From the IMG/VR virus record IMGVR_UViG_3300032240_003128: a DNA stretch of 64,000 bases; one strand, given 5' to 3'. Each line of letters opens with the position of its first letter. Position 1 is the stretch's first letter. The translations under genes were made by a program, and so were the position numbers. The stretch comes from a virus. The notes beneath the pieces were generated by a model. The model did no database searches. It saw only the letters and a list, made by a program, of their open reading frames with translations, and was not told the DNA's origin. This document shows positions 1 through 9,750 of the stretch, in pieces.

Positions 1-439
1 TATCAGTTGTATTCTTGAAATGATTTTTTGATAAAATATTAAAACTTTTATAATAATCAAATATTTCAACAAATTTTTTATATATGTTTGTTGGATTTTC
101 TTCTTCATGAATATACCAAATCATATTGTTAAAATTGTATTCAAGAAAATTTGATTTTATTCCGCAAATCATTTGTTGGTATTCGATTTGTTCAAGATCG
201 TTTTTAGAAATTCCTAACTTATGAAACAAGTATAAACAAGGTTTAAATGTAAAAATTTTTATTTGTTTGAATTGTTTTATTTTCTTTGAACAGAAAACAC
301 AAGCATCTTCGTTGTCTTTAAATTCGTTTGCATAGCAGTATGTTTTGCAAATTGTACACAGACGAATATTTTCTGCTCCTGCATTTTCAGCAATTTCTTC
401 AAAAGATGTAGCAGTAAATTGCAATGATTTTTTAGACAT
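1..439 (-). CDS. Hypothetical protein with CxxC...CxxC (Zn-binding?) motif, truncated by the window edge
   Basis: Not in ORF track. Manual translation from ATG 439: MSKKSLQFTATSFEEIAENAGAENIRLCTICKTYCYANEFKDNEDACVFCSK..., open to position 1. Confidence 0.7.
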   Translation of the reverse strand, partial: MSKKSLQFTATSFEEIAENAGAENIRLCTICKTYCYANEFKDNEDACVFCSKKIKQFKQIKIFTFKPCLYLFHKLGISKNDLEQIEYQQMICGIKSNFLEYNFNNMIWYIHEEENPTNIYKKFVEIFDYYKSFNILSKNHFKNTTD

Positions 440-505
440 AATTTACATAAAAATGAAACGATCTATCTAAATAAGAATAAGGAAAATTTTTTTAAGAGGT
501 AATAC

Positions 506-724
506 ATGAAAACATTTACCGATTGGGCATCTGATAACAAATTAAGGATTCCGACTGTTAACGAAAATGCCAAACGTGGTGGTATCGCTCCATACGCTTA
601 TCCAGATGCTTACGCAAGAGGACAGTATCCTTCTAACTATTTTACTCCAATTGCCGCTGATGCTCCATTTAAGCTCCAAGCTAGCAAAATTGCAAGGGGT
701 GGTCCTAGAGAATTGAACGCTTAA
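506..724 (+). CDS. Small putative internal head protein (CTS-like N-terminus), paralog of the next gene
   Basis: MKTFTDW...TVNE| then GIAPYAYPDAY core; SD AGAGGT; TAAATA at 468-473. Confidence 0.75.
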   Translation: MKTFTDWASDNKLRIPTVNENAKRGGIAPYAYPDAYARGQYPSNYFTPIAADAPFKLQASKIARGGPRELNA

Positions 725-952
725 TGAATTTTGTTGAATATTTGGAAAAAAAATCCAAATATTTTAGAATCAATTAGAAGATCTGGTATAGCGCATTGGG
801 CTTATCCCGATGCCTATATTCGTTCTCATTACACAGCTGGATATTTCATGCCAACAGCCGCTGATGCCTTGTTTAAGATGGGTCCGAAAGTAGATGAGAA
901 AAAAGTAGATCATGGACAATTCCGCTACACACATCATGATCGCATAAATTAA
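724..952 (+). CDS. Paralog of 506..724; its N-terminus (ATG 724) is out of frame across an A8 tract
   Basis: GIAHWAYPDAYIRSHYTAGYFMPTAADALFKM aligns with the upstream gene; ATG 724 encodes MNFVEYLEK in a different frame. Confidence 0.7.
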
Positions 953-1293
953 GGTGAAGGATTTGTTTTTTTATTTAAAAGTTTCTTTCTTTCCTCGATA
1001 ATAACTGAATCTTTTTCTGCTGGTATTGAATCAAGATTGTTGTGATAATAACCCCAAAATTCAGTATTTGATATATTTTGGATGATCAATCCAATTTTAG
1101 TATATTTGAAAATAATTTCTTCTACTCTTTCTTGAGAAATATTTGTTTCTTTTGATATTGCCGAAACGCTACGCCAATTCTTATATTTTTTATTTCTTGC
1201 TAAACTAATGAAAAATTTCTTCTCTTCTTCGCCTTCTGGAGTACCTTGGGGATAAATTTCGTACCATTCTGGAATTTTATTTTTATTATTCAT
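949..1293 (-). CDS. Hypothetical protein, possible winged-helix domain
   Basis: WRSVSAISKETNISQERVEEII looks HTH-like; start reassigned to MNNKNK. Confidence 0.55.
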   Translation of the reverse strand: MNNKNKIPEWYEIYPQGTPEGEEEKKFFISLARNKKYKNWRSVSAISKETNISQERVEEIIFKYTKIGLIIQNISNTEFWGYYHNNLDSIPAEKDSVIIEERKKLLNKKTNPSP

Positions 1294-1308
1294 GACTATT
1301 ATATAGTT

Positions 1309-1665
1309 ATGAATAATACAGAACTGCATATGTACGAAAATCATCACACCTATGATTTAATGTTGCCTAAACCGGCATACAAAAATCTTACAATCATCAA
1401 GCCGAAAAGTAAATTTTTTGCTGATAAAAGTTTTCTAGAATATGTAAAAGTTGGAATGATTCGATATATCGGACCACACAAACCGGAGGTAATCGTGGAA
1501 CACAAGCTCATTCTTGACCAACCGCCTATTGTTACCAACGAAGGTAAGGTTGAACATGTTGCAGCAGGTAAGAAGAAGATTTTGAAGGAAGGCGAAGGCG
1601 AAAAGCTTGACGAAGTCCTTCTTGTCGAAAGTCCTTCTGCCGGAATTAAAATTATTACTGATTGA
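1309..1665 (+). CDS. Hypothetical protein
   Basis: ORF track; start moved to avoid overlap with the divergent gene. Confidence 0.6.
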   Translation: MNNTELHMYENHHTYDLMLPKPAYKNLTIIKPKSKFFADKSFLEYVKVGMIRYIGPHKPEVIVEHKLILDQPPIVTNEGKVEHVAAGKKKILKEGEGEKLDEVLLVESPSAGIKIITD

Positions 1666-2104
1666 ACTTAAGTTTTCTAAAATTAAGTACAAAACGATCT
1701 TTTTTTCCTTCTAAGCTTTTCATCATGTCCCTCAATTTGAGGGACAAAATTTTTGCATTTATCGGATTTTCAAGACATTCGGTATTTTCTACAGAAACAG
1801 TTTTGTGCAATCTATTGTAAAATCCCTTTGACATTGTAAAATGATCTTTTTCATGATTGTAAGCAATCATTCCTACCCATTCACCATCATCCCAATTTCT
1901 GGAAGCAACAATTAGTCTTAAAGGTTTTTCAGAAAACACAAGCTTTACATGATAATTCATTTTTTTCATTGCTGCGCTTATGTAGCCAAGCATTATTTTT
2001 GCATAAGATAAAAGGCAATCATCTTTTGTAGTATCAAAATTTACCTCAACAGAATATCTTGTATTCTGCGATCCTTCATTAAATCTTTGATTTTTATTAT
2101 CCAT
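1655..2104 (-). CDS. Hypothetical protein
   Basis: 149-aa ORF directly after the gp13-like gene. Confidence 0.7.
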   Translation of the reverse strand: MDNKNQRFNEGSQNTRYSVEVNFDTTKDDCLLSYAKIMLGYISAAMKKMNYHVKLVFSEKPLRLIVASRNWDDGEWVGMIAYNHEKDHFTMSKGFYNRLHKTVSVENTECLENPINAKILSLKLRDMMKSLEGKKDRFVLNFRKLKFNQ

Positions 2105-2107
2105 TTT

Positions 2108-2995
2108 TTATCCCATAGAAATATAAGGAATATCACCATATCTGGTAATCAATCTTTCTTCCCAATCTTTCTTTTCCTGTAACCCTTCTGTAATCAAATC
2201 TTTACCATCTAACTGAATACCGCCTTGCGCTCCCGGCAATGTAGTATATTTGCCTCTAATGCGACCAAGCATAATCTTTGCATGTGAAAGAGCACCTTCC
2301 TGCATCGCTTGATTGACTCTTTGCCAATCTTTATTCTTTTGTAAATAATGAACTATAACTGCATTTGAGCTTCTTGGAATTGGATAAAGCTTAATGTTTT
2401 GATAATCCCCAAGCCATTCCCAACCACCTAGATTACTAGCACTACGAGCATAAGTTCTTTCGTATTCTTTGTACAAACTCCATTCACCTACACGACCCCA
2501 GATAGGAGTTACGGAGTCAATCATACCACCTGTGATCGATGCATATGCACCACCGGGATAAAAGTATTCAATAGGAATTGCTCCACCTAAATCAGATGAA
2601 GAAAAACTAAATGTTGCCATTTGTTTGTAGAAAACATTTCTTACAAATCCAACATCAGGAGGCATTGTGTAAATGCTTTTACCGGGAATTGTATTGAAAA
2701 CATGATACTGAAAGAACTCTCTTGGAGCATAATCTTCATAAATTTGAAGTGCTAAATCTACGGCAGCATCTAGTTGTTGATCGTCTAATTCAATCGTAAC
2801 TACTGGTGCGCCAAGCATTAAGAGAATATAATCTCTTATTTGCGATTTGACTTTTGTTCTGTTGGGTCTTGGTGATAGCTGTCCTATGTCTAAAGGATCA
2901 GAAACACCAAGATTATAGTCATTGCTACTACAATTCATCGCCTCTGCTGTTGGGCGTTTGAAATACATCGTATTGTTTGAACAAGAATATGCCAT
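2108..2995 (-). CDS. gp13: Neck/head-completion protein, T4 gp13-like
   Basis: IRDYILLMLGAPVVTIELDDQQL and LPGAQGGIQLDGKDLITEGLQEK resemble gp13 N- and C-terminal motifs; start set at MAYSCS. Confidence 0.85.
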   Translation of the reverse strand: MAYSCSNNTMYFKRPTAEAMNCSSNDYNLGVSDPLDIGQLSPRPNRTKVKSQIRDYILLMLGAPVVTIELDDQQLDAAVDLALQIYEDYAPREFFQYHVFNTIPGKSIYTMPPDVGFVRNVFYKQMATFSFSSSDLGGAIPIEYFYPGGAYASITGGMIDSVTPIWGRVGEWSLYKEYERTYARSASNLGGWEWLGDYQNIKLYPIPRSSNAVIVHYLQKNKDWQRVNQAMQEGALSHAKIMLGRIRGKYTTLPGAQGGIQLDGKDLITEGLQEKKDWEERLITRYGDIPYISMG

Positions 2996-3034
2996 AATAG
3001 TATATATAATCATGATGTCAAATTGAGGAATAAC

Positions 3035-5170
3035 ATGAAACTTTTTAGTGAATATTACGCTGGTCACATTAATCATAGTTTTTTTCTATTTGGTGATGAT
3101 GATATAAAATTTCTTGAACAATTCCCAACTGACTTGTGGAACAGAGCTATTAAAAGACGTTATTTTTACGATTTGCCTAACGCACTTTTGAAAAGAGAAG
3201 AAGCTAGAGAAAATCAAACATTATCAAATTTGACAGATTTGCAAGGCGAAGCTACTACTGCCAAGTATTACGAATTAATAAACATTGAAGCGCAAAGAAT
3301 AGAACAAAATTTAAGACGAGTTTACAATGCAACAAATGCAAGATCTCGTCACAGAATAAGCCAAATGGCTTATAATAGTGCCAAAAATCAAATAGATTCC
3401 ATGCTTGATCAAAGACAAGATAGAGGTGGGGTATGGATGAGGATAAGACCAGTAACAAGAAATTACGTTTTCGTTATAAAAGGTAGACACGGAGCAAAAG
3501 AAACAACTATCAGGAAAGTAAAATGTTATATTCCAGAACTTGTCAAGAGAATTGAAGGACCAAAGGGATCAAGCACAAAGGGTTATGATCTAAGCAAAAT
3601 ACAAAATTTTGAACCTTCTACTCCAGAAGAAGATCAAAATGGAGGATGGAGAACTTTAGGATTTTATTGCCCTCAAAAAGATGTGATAGTTGATAACTTG
3701 CAGTCATGGCTTGGCTATGGTTCTCAAGGATTGCTTGATGCGCCCGGAAGCATTGAAGATCAAGAAACTCATAGACGTAGATCTAGAGAAGAATATGTGT
3801 CAAACAAACAAGCTAGAGAAGAAATACTTGACGATACGATTTATAAGAATCCATTAAGAAATTATTATTCAAATTACATTAACAGGCTTAAAAGAATTCT
3901 TAGAGCAGAAGAAGACATTGATGATAATGAATTGGAAATTTTGTATAATAGATTTTCCAGAATGAACCCAGACGACGAAACCAGACATGCTTATAGAAGA
4001 GCTTTGCGTGGAAACTTTCCAGATCGATTAGAAGAAATCGTAGGCACTACTGAAGCACATGAATTGGATCACGATCAAATTATAGAAATGATTCAAGCAT
4101 GTGTTGGGGTAAACATGCCTTTTGAAAGAAATCTAGTTAATGCTTTAGCAGATATCGATTTGATAACACATAAAACACCGCATTATTTTGATGAAACAGA
4201 AGTTGACACGGAAGGAAAGCCAAGGAAATTTTATGTTGATCCTGAAACAAGTTCACAATACAGGGTGTCTACAAGACCAAGAACGCCAGAAGAAATTGGA
4301 TTGGGTAGAGCTGGAAATGTGCCTGAATTAAAACCGGGGAAAATTTTGTTTCACGTTGAAACAGTAAGAAGAAAATTACAAGCAAAACTGGCTGACGCTC
4401 AAACAAGACTAGAAGAGTTGCGAGCAAATAGAGAAAGAATGACTTCAGAAAGAAATTTAGCCAGAAATGAAATTGCGATGGAAAGAGTTCAGAGTGAAAT
4501 CGACCAAATCGATGATTTAATTGCTGCTGACAGTCCTAACAACATATTTAATCTTCGTGGTGTTGGTTATCATTACAACATGGGCGATGTGCTAGAAAAT
4601 CCAAATATTTCTCCCGCAGGAAGATCAAGGCAAAAAATATTTTTGCAGTTTGATAATGAAGCACAAATTCCAAGCATATTAGACAAAAGAGACAGAGTGC
4701 TGGGTGGAGGTATATATCCACAAAAAAATACACCTCAAGCAAAAGGACCAGCATCAAGCAATGTTGTAAACGCTACGACTATTTTAAACCATTATATCAA
4801 TGATGACAACAATTTAATTCCTATTATAGCAGATTTTATTAGTAAAAATTATGATGCAGATCTTAACATTCTGTTCAAAGTTTTTGCGAACAGCCAAGGC
4901 AATCCAACAGATAACCGTACTTACAGATCGTTTGTCGATCTTATTAAAGATCAATGTTTAAGAAATATTGGAATTTTTGACATCGATAATCCAAGTGATA
5001 TAGTCATGCAAAGATTGATAAAAAAGGTTATTTTGCACACTTGCAATCGTCTTGTAGAAAAAGAATTAGGCGATGCTGGGACTATTAGACAAAGACAAGG
5101 CGAAGATGCGAATGCTGGTGAAGTTAGAAGAAGAATAACAGATATGTTTAGAAAAACTGAACATCACTAA
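3035..5170 (+). CDS. Large hypothetical protein with CTS-like N-terminus and coiled coil
   Basis: MKLFSEYY start with GAGGA SD; Arg/Glu-rich; no family recognised. Confidence 0.75.
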   Translation: MKLFSEYYAGHINHSFFLFGDDDIKFLEQFPTDLWNRAIKRRYFYDLPNALLKREEARENQTLSNLTDLQGEATTAKYYELINIEAQRIEQNLRRVYNATNARSRHRISQMAYNSAKNQIDSMLDQRQDRGGVWMRIRPVTRNYVFVIKGRHGAKETTIRKVKCYIPELVKRIEGPKGSSTKGYDLSKIQNFEPSTPEEDQNGGWRTLGFYCPQKDVIVDNLQSWLGYGSQGLLDAPGSIEDQETHRRRSREEYVSNKQAREEILDDTIYKNPLRNYYSNYINRLKRILRAEEDIDDNELEILYNRFSRMNPDDETRHAYRRALRGNFPDRLEEIVGTTEAHELDHDQIIEMIQACVGVNMPFERNLVNALADIDLITHKTPHYFDETEVDTEGKPRKFYVDPETSSQYRVSTRPRTPEEIGLGRAGNVPELKPGKILFHVETVRRKLQAKLADAQTRLEELRANRERMTSERNLARNEIAMERVQSEIDQIDDLIAADSPNNIFNLRGVGYHYNMGDVLENPNISPAGRSRQKIFLQFDNEAQIPSILDKRDRVLGGGIYPQKNTPQAKGPASSNVVNATTILNHYINDDNNLIPIIADFISKNYDADLNILFKVFANSQGNPTDNRTYRSFVDLIKDQCLRNIGIFDIDNPSDIVMQRLIKKVILHTCNRLVEKELGDAGTIRQRQGEDANAGEVRRRITDMFRKTEHH

Positions 5171-5766
5171 AAAGCAGGAGTGGTCTTGGTGGTTACACAA
5201 ACAACTTTGTAACCACCGGGAACATTCTCTATTTCTATTATTTCCCACCAGCGTTTTGAATTATTTTGTGGATATAAAACAGATCCTACAGTTAATTTTT
5301 CTAATTTTGTCCAAAATATTAATGTAAAATCATTAGCTGATAAAACTATAGATTCGAATGTAAATGTTTCCACATATCTAATTCTTACGGTAACTTCATC
5401 GTACAAATTGTCTTTCTTTTCTTCTTTCTTCGCCAAAGCGCAATATATGATTGTTTTATCAAATTCTTCAAATTCATTTTTTATTTGCGGCTGCGGCTTT
5501 GGAATCTCTTTAATTACAGGTGTTTCTTCAACAATAGGCTTAATTTCTTCTATAATTTCCTTTTTATGAATTATTATTTCTTCCTTTTTAGGTTCTGGTT
5601 CTTTTTTCAAACCAATAACCACATGAGGAATATTTGATTCCATTTTAAAATTTGCTAAATTTTTTAAATTATGGGTAGCAAATGTATCCCATTTTTCTTG
5701 TGAGATCATTAAACGATTAGGTCCATTTAATTTATAGACGCTTCCATCTTTTTTGTAAAGTGCCAT
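5167..5766 (-). CDS. Putative virion protein, possible head-closure (gp14-like) paralog
   Basis: N-terminus MALYKKDGSVY resembles MTVYRPDGKPY of 6219; beta-rich C-terminus (VGSVLYP...WWEIIEIE). Confidence 0.5.
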   Translation of the reverse strand: MALYKKDGSVYKLNGPNRLMISQEKWDTFATHNLKNLANFKMESNIPHVVIGLKKEPEPKKEEIIIHKKEIIEEIKPIVEETPVIKEIPKPQPQIKNEFEEFDKTIIYCALAKKEEKKDNLYDEVTVRIRYVETFTFESIVLSANDFTLIFWTKLEKLTVGSVLYPQNNSKRWWEIIEIENVPGGYKVVCVTTKTTPAF

Positions 5767-5801
5767 GACTATATATCTATTAGAGAAAAGAAGGAGAATT
5801 T

Positions 5802-6209
5802 ATGGCTCTTGTAATTCCTAACGCTAGCGAAGTAAAATTGTTGAATAATTTACTTAACATTTCGGCTCCTACAAACACAATTTTGCATCTTTATTCAAAC
5901 AATTTAACTCCAAGTTCAACAACGGTCATTGGAGATGTAACTGAAACTGCCTCTGGCGGTTATGCAGCAATTACTTTAACTTCCTCTAGTTGGACAGTAG
6001 CAACTTCTGGTGGAGGAATAACAACTGCAAGTTATGCAGAACAAACATTCAATATCACTACAAGTGCAACAATTTACGGCTATTATATCACTAATTTGGC
6101 TGGTGATTTACTGTGGTTGGAACGATTTACTGCTGCTCCTTTCCAGTTACCGGGAAGTGGTGGTCAAGTTCTTATTACAAGCCAATTGTCTCTTAACAGC
6201 TGCGCATAA
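5802..6209 (+). CDS. Small beta-rich virion structural protein
   Basis: Ser/Thr/Gly-rich with LHLY...E.ASGGYA...W pattern typical of small tail/decoration proteins; AAGGAG SD. Confidence 0.6.
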   Translation: MALVIPNASEVKLLNNLLNISAPTNTILHLYSNNLTPSSTTVIGDVTETASGGYAAITLTSSSWTVATSGGGITTASYAEQTFNITTSATIYGYYITNLAGDLLWLERFTAAPFQLPGSGGQVLITSQLSLNSCA

Positions 6210-6218
6210 AGGATTATT

Positions 6219-6755
6219 ATGACAGTATACAGACCAGATGGAAAGCCATATTGCCCAACAGGCAGTTTGCAACAATTTGATGATCAAAATCCAGCAAGAG
6301 ATTTATTTAACATTTATGATGAAGAAACTATTCGTTTAGGCGGATCTCCTTTATTTTATTATGAACTTTTTATTGACATAAATAATGTTGATCCTCTTTA
6401 TGTTGAGTCAAGAGCAAAAATATTCAGTCAAAATCCAATTCAATTGTGGTGTGTATACGAACCTGTTCCTTCGCAGAACATGCAAACAGCATTTGGCATA
6501 GATTCCCCTGATGAAATGACATTTGAATTAAATTATCGGGCAGTATTAAAAGCTGTCGGTCATCCTCCCAAAATAGGTAGCAGAATAAAAACTCCTTTTC
6601 TTAATGAAGACTGGGTAATTATAGAAAGAAAATTGGGAGAATTTAAACTATATAATGCATTGAGATTGCAACTTATCTGCCAGAGATTCCAAGAAGATAC
6701 GGTTAGTGGAACCTCTGTTGGCAAAACTGAAGATGCTGATTACAAAATCGTTTAG
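6219..6755 (+). CDS. gp14: Neck protein, T4 gp14-like
   Basis: ETIRLGG.PLFYY, DPLYVES, AFGIDSPDEMTF, PPKIGSRI follow the gp14 pattern. Confidence 0.75.
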   Translation: MTVYRPDGKPYCPTGSLQQFDDQNPARDLFNIYDEETIRLGGSPLFYYELFIDINNVDPLYVESRAKIFSQNPIQLWCVYEPVPSQNMQTAFGIDSPDEMTFELNYRAVLKAVGHPPKIGSRIKTPFLNEDWVIIERKLGEFKLYNALRLQLICQRFQEDTVSGTSVGKTEDADYKIV

Positions 6756-6763
6756 GAGTGAAA

Positions 6764-7528
6764 ATGAAGACTTTTTTTGAAATGTATAGCTTGATTCAAA
6801 ACAAGAAGCTAAGAGAGCAAGATGCAAGCATGGGTGGTCCTCCTCCCATGGGTGGTCCCGGTGGCGGTATGGGTGGTCCTCCTCCCATGGGTGGTCCCGG
6901 TGGTGGCATGGGTGGTCCTATGGGTGGCATGGGTGGTCCCGGTGGTGGCATGGGTGGACCTCCTCCCATGGGTGGACCCGGTGGTGGCATGGGTGGACCC
7001 GGTGGCGGACAACCTCAACAAAACAAAAACCAAAATGATAAACAATCTCCTGAAGATGAAGATGATGATTCAAATGTAGCTCCAAGCGAAGGTGGAGAAG
7101 ATGAAGAAACAATAGAATCTTCTATCGAAAAACTAAAAGATCAAGTTAAAAATATGAAATCAAAGGATGAAGATAAAGGTCAACAATATGAAGATCTTAT
7201 CAAGCAAATTGAAGATCTAGTTAGCAGTATTAATGGTGATGACGAAGACGAAGAAGAAGGGGAAGAAGGAGAAGATGAAGAAGGAGACGAAGAAGGAAAT
7301 AAAGGCAAAGAAAAGTCATCAAATGTAGGCGAAATGGGTGGTCCACCTATGGGCGGCATGGAAAACATGGGTGGTGATCAAGGCGGCGGTGGCGGTCAAA
7401 GCGGTGGAGACATGGGTGGAGGCTTTGGCGGCGGTATGGGTGGTGGCGGAATGGGCGGCGGCATGGGAGGCAGCGGCATGGGTGGCGGTGGCGGCACTGG
7501 TATGGGCGGCGGCTACGGCGGCGTTTAA
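6764..7528 (+). CDS. Gly/Met/Pro low-complexity protein with acidic helical middle and CTS-like N-terminus
   Basis: MKTFFEMY...KLRE| followed by GGPPPMGGPGGGM repeats. Confidence 0.8.
   Translation: MKTFFEMYSLIQNKKLREQDASMGGPPPMGGPGGGMGGPPPMGGPGGGMGGPMGGMGGPGGGMGGPPPMGGPGGGMGGPGGGQPQQNKNQNDKQSPEDEDDDSNVAPSEGGEDEETIESSIEKLKDQVKNMKSKDEDKGQQYEDLIKQIEDLVSSINGDDEDEEEGEEGEDEEGDEEGNKGKEKSSNVGEMGGPPMGGMENMGGDQGGGGGQSGGDMGGGFGGGMGGGGMGGGMGGSGMGGGGGTGMGGGYGGV
6830..7008 (+). repeat. Coding tandem repeat (ATGGGTGGT.. units encoding MGGPPPMGGPGGG)
   Basis: Directly visible GC-rich repeat. Confidence 0.9.
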
Positions 7529-8190
7529 AGGTTTAATTCCATCCAGTTTTTAGGATGCCAGTTGGATTTATTTTTGTATAAATCCAACTGGTGATAATAC
7601 TCAACAACTCTTTTTGTAGGTTCTTGATACCAATTTTGTTCAGTTATTTTTCTAAATGAATTGTCTGGATGAAATAAAATAGTATTTTCTGGCTCATGCT
7701 TCCATAACAAGTAATCTTCTGCTCCAATCCCCCATTGCTTCCATCTTTGCAATCCTTCTAAAGTATAATCTTTATTTTTTATTTCAATAAGCTTTGCCTT
7801 ATATTTTAATATGTATTCATACTTATACAATCCAATAGACATTGCTGGAGATGTTTTTAAAGCAGCTTTTACAGGATTTTTTGATAAAACAGCATATAAA
7901 AGATTTTTAAAATTTTCGCCAACTTTGCAGGTATCATGAATAAGAAACCAATAATCTGATTGCAATTCATTTTCAGCAATATCAATTAAAGGTGTGTATT
8001 CAAAAGAATTGTGATCAAGTAGAATAGTTTCAATTCCATTTTCTGACTTTTTCTCTCTCTGATTAAATCCACCATTAAACACTAATATGTCGTTCTGATC
8101 AATTCCAGACGCTAATAAAGTTTCAACAATAACAGGTATAGTTTTGTTGCAAAAGTTAATATTTGTGGCAATAGCAATTTTAATTTTCAT
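7525..8190 (-). CDS. Glycosyltransferase-like protein (GT-A)
   Basis: IAIATN N-terminal strand and DYWFLIHDT motif; adjacent to a GT2 gene. Confidence 0.55.
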   Translation of the reverse strand: MKIKIAIATNINFCNKTIPVIVETLLASGIDQNDILVFNGGFNQREKKSENGIETILLDHNSFEYTPLIDIAENELQSDYWFLIHDTCKVGENFKNLLYAVLSKNPVKAALKTSPAMSIGLYKYEYILKYKAKLIEIKNKDYTLEGLQRWKQWGIGAEDYLLWKHEPENTILFHPDNSFRKITEQNWYQEPTKRVVEYYHQLDLYKNKSNWHPKNWMELNL

Positions 8191-8194
8191 AAAT

Positions 8195-8863
8195 TCACCA
8201 AGGTTTGCTAATTTTTTTCATTAATTCTATTTCTCTGCTTTTATGAACAGAAGTACTTTCCATATGATATACAATGTTATTTGTTATTATGCAAGCTCCT
8301 TCATATTTCTTTTGATTTTCTATGTAAATAAAATCATCACCATACATGATATTGCCATGTAATTCTGGAATTTCTTTCCAATCTTTTGTTCTTCCTAACA
8401 TAAACCAACCTTGTTTTATTTCTTCAGGATATTTTTTAATTTCATAAGAAATGTTGGCTTTAAATTTATTGTTTTGCATTTCTTTTATTATTTCATTATG
8501 ATTATACGAAATCTTTGTTTTCACTGTTGATAAATTAATATTTTCATTTTTTTCTAGTAAATTTATTATACTTCCAATAAGATCTGTGTGAAAAAATATA
8601 TCATCGTTTATCAAAGCGTAATATTTAGATTTTACTAATTTCATGCCGTAATTCCAAGCAGGATTTACAAACAAATTTGGTTGGTCATGAATAATATGAA
8701 TTTTTTTTAAATTTTTGTATTTAGGGGAAAACTTATCTTCTAGGGCATTGTTTATTATGATTACTTTTTCTATGCTTTTTGATTTTTCATATCGAGGGAT
8801 CATAAAATTGATTGCAGCTTCAGCAAGTTGCAAAGTGGGAATAATAATTGTGCAACTGCTCAT
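8195..8863 (-). CDS. GT2-family glycosyltransferase
   Basis: TIIIPT, NPAWNYG, YYALINDDI. Confidence 0.85.
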   Translation of the reverse strand: MSSCTIIIPTLQLAEAAINFMIPRYEKSKSIEKVIIINNALEDKFSPKYKNLKKIHIIHDQPNLFVNPAWNYGMKLVKSKYYALINDDIFFHTDLIGSIINLLEKNENINLSTVKTKISYNHNEIIKEMQNNKFKANISYEIKKYPEEIKQGWFMLGRTKDWKEIPELHGNIMYGDDFIYIENQKKYEGACIITNNIVYHMESTSVHKSREIELMKKISKPW

Positions 8864-9705
8864 TTTACGCCTTTTTTTGTTTTATTAAGTTTTTTGTAAT
8901 TTACTAATTTGTAGCGTAGTTTACCCTTTATAACAGGGCAAGCTACAATTTTATCCAAAAACTCATCAACGCCTTCAATGCCTTTCTTTTCAAATATCAT
9001 TTTAAGTTGTTTGTATTTATCATCAAATTCTTGATTCAAATTATCTTTCCAAACATTTTTAGCAATTTTTCTTCTATTGTTGAAAACGATATCATTTCTT
9101 TTTTCTCTTTTGCTTTTTATAGCAGCTGGCATTTCTTCAATGTCATATGCAACTTTTTTTGGTAGAATGAAAATTTGTGCATAAGGTCTTCCTTTTTGGA
9201 ATATTTGCTGCTGTCCTTCTAATGGGGATTTAAAAACAACGAAGAAAATACTGCTCCAGAATTCTCCTTGAATGTGACCGGGAACTGCACAAGGTGTACT
9301 CCAAGTTGTGTCTGTGTAGAAGCTTGGATGTGGTTCTACACGAATGATATGATCTGGTGGAGGCTGAATGTCTAAACTTGACGTGAATCCATAGTGACCA
9401 TCTGCAAATAATCCAAACGGTGGAATATTAGAATATTTAGCTGTTAACTTTTCTTTAGACCAATCACCTTCAAAAACAATTTTTCCTTTAATGTTTTTGA
9501 CGATAGTGGTTGTTTCAAAATGATATATCAATTCTAAGCCATATGTGCTTCCATCAACAAATGGCAAGCAATGAAAAGGCTGCGCCTTACTTCCGTTTCC
9601 ATGATCATTTGACTCTCCCGCAAAACCGGGAATTTCAATCTTGATTTTACGGGGACCAATGCTGCCACCGTAAGTTCTATACAAAACTTTAGTTTTATTT
9701 TCCAT
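8860..9705 (-). CDS. DUF6065-like protein
   Basis: HCLPF...YGLEL, PGHIQGEFW, FQKGRPYAQI. Confidence 0.55.
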   Translation of the reverse strand: MENKTKVLYRTYGGSIGPRKIKIEIPGFAGESNDHGNGSKAQPFHCLPFVDGSTYGLELIYHFETTTIVKNIKGKIVFEGDWSKEKLTAKYSNIPPFGLFADGHYGFTSSLDIQPPPDHIIRVEPHPSFYTDTTWSTPCAVPGHIQGEFWSSIFFVVFKSPLEGQQQIFQKGRPYAQIFILPKKVAYDIEEMPAAIKSKREKRNDIVFNNRRKIAKNVWKDNLNQEFDDKYKQLKMIFEKKGIEGVDEFLDKIVACPVIKGKLRYKLVNYKKLNKTKKGVK

Positions 9706-9750
9706 ATGCTAATTGAGTAAAAATACAATCAAACAAGACTAAATAATTTT

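Noticed and set aside
6796-7553. Several overlapping ORFs on both strands in the Gly/Pro repeat
   Set aside because: Shadow frames of a GC-rich repeat lacking stops; the same applies at 31602, 51629-51949 and 60700-60997.
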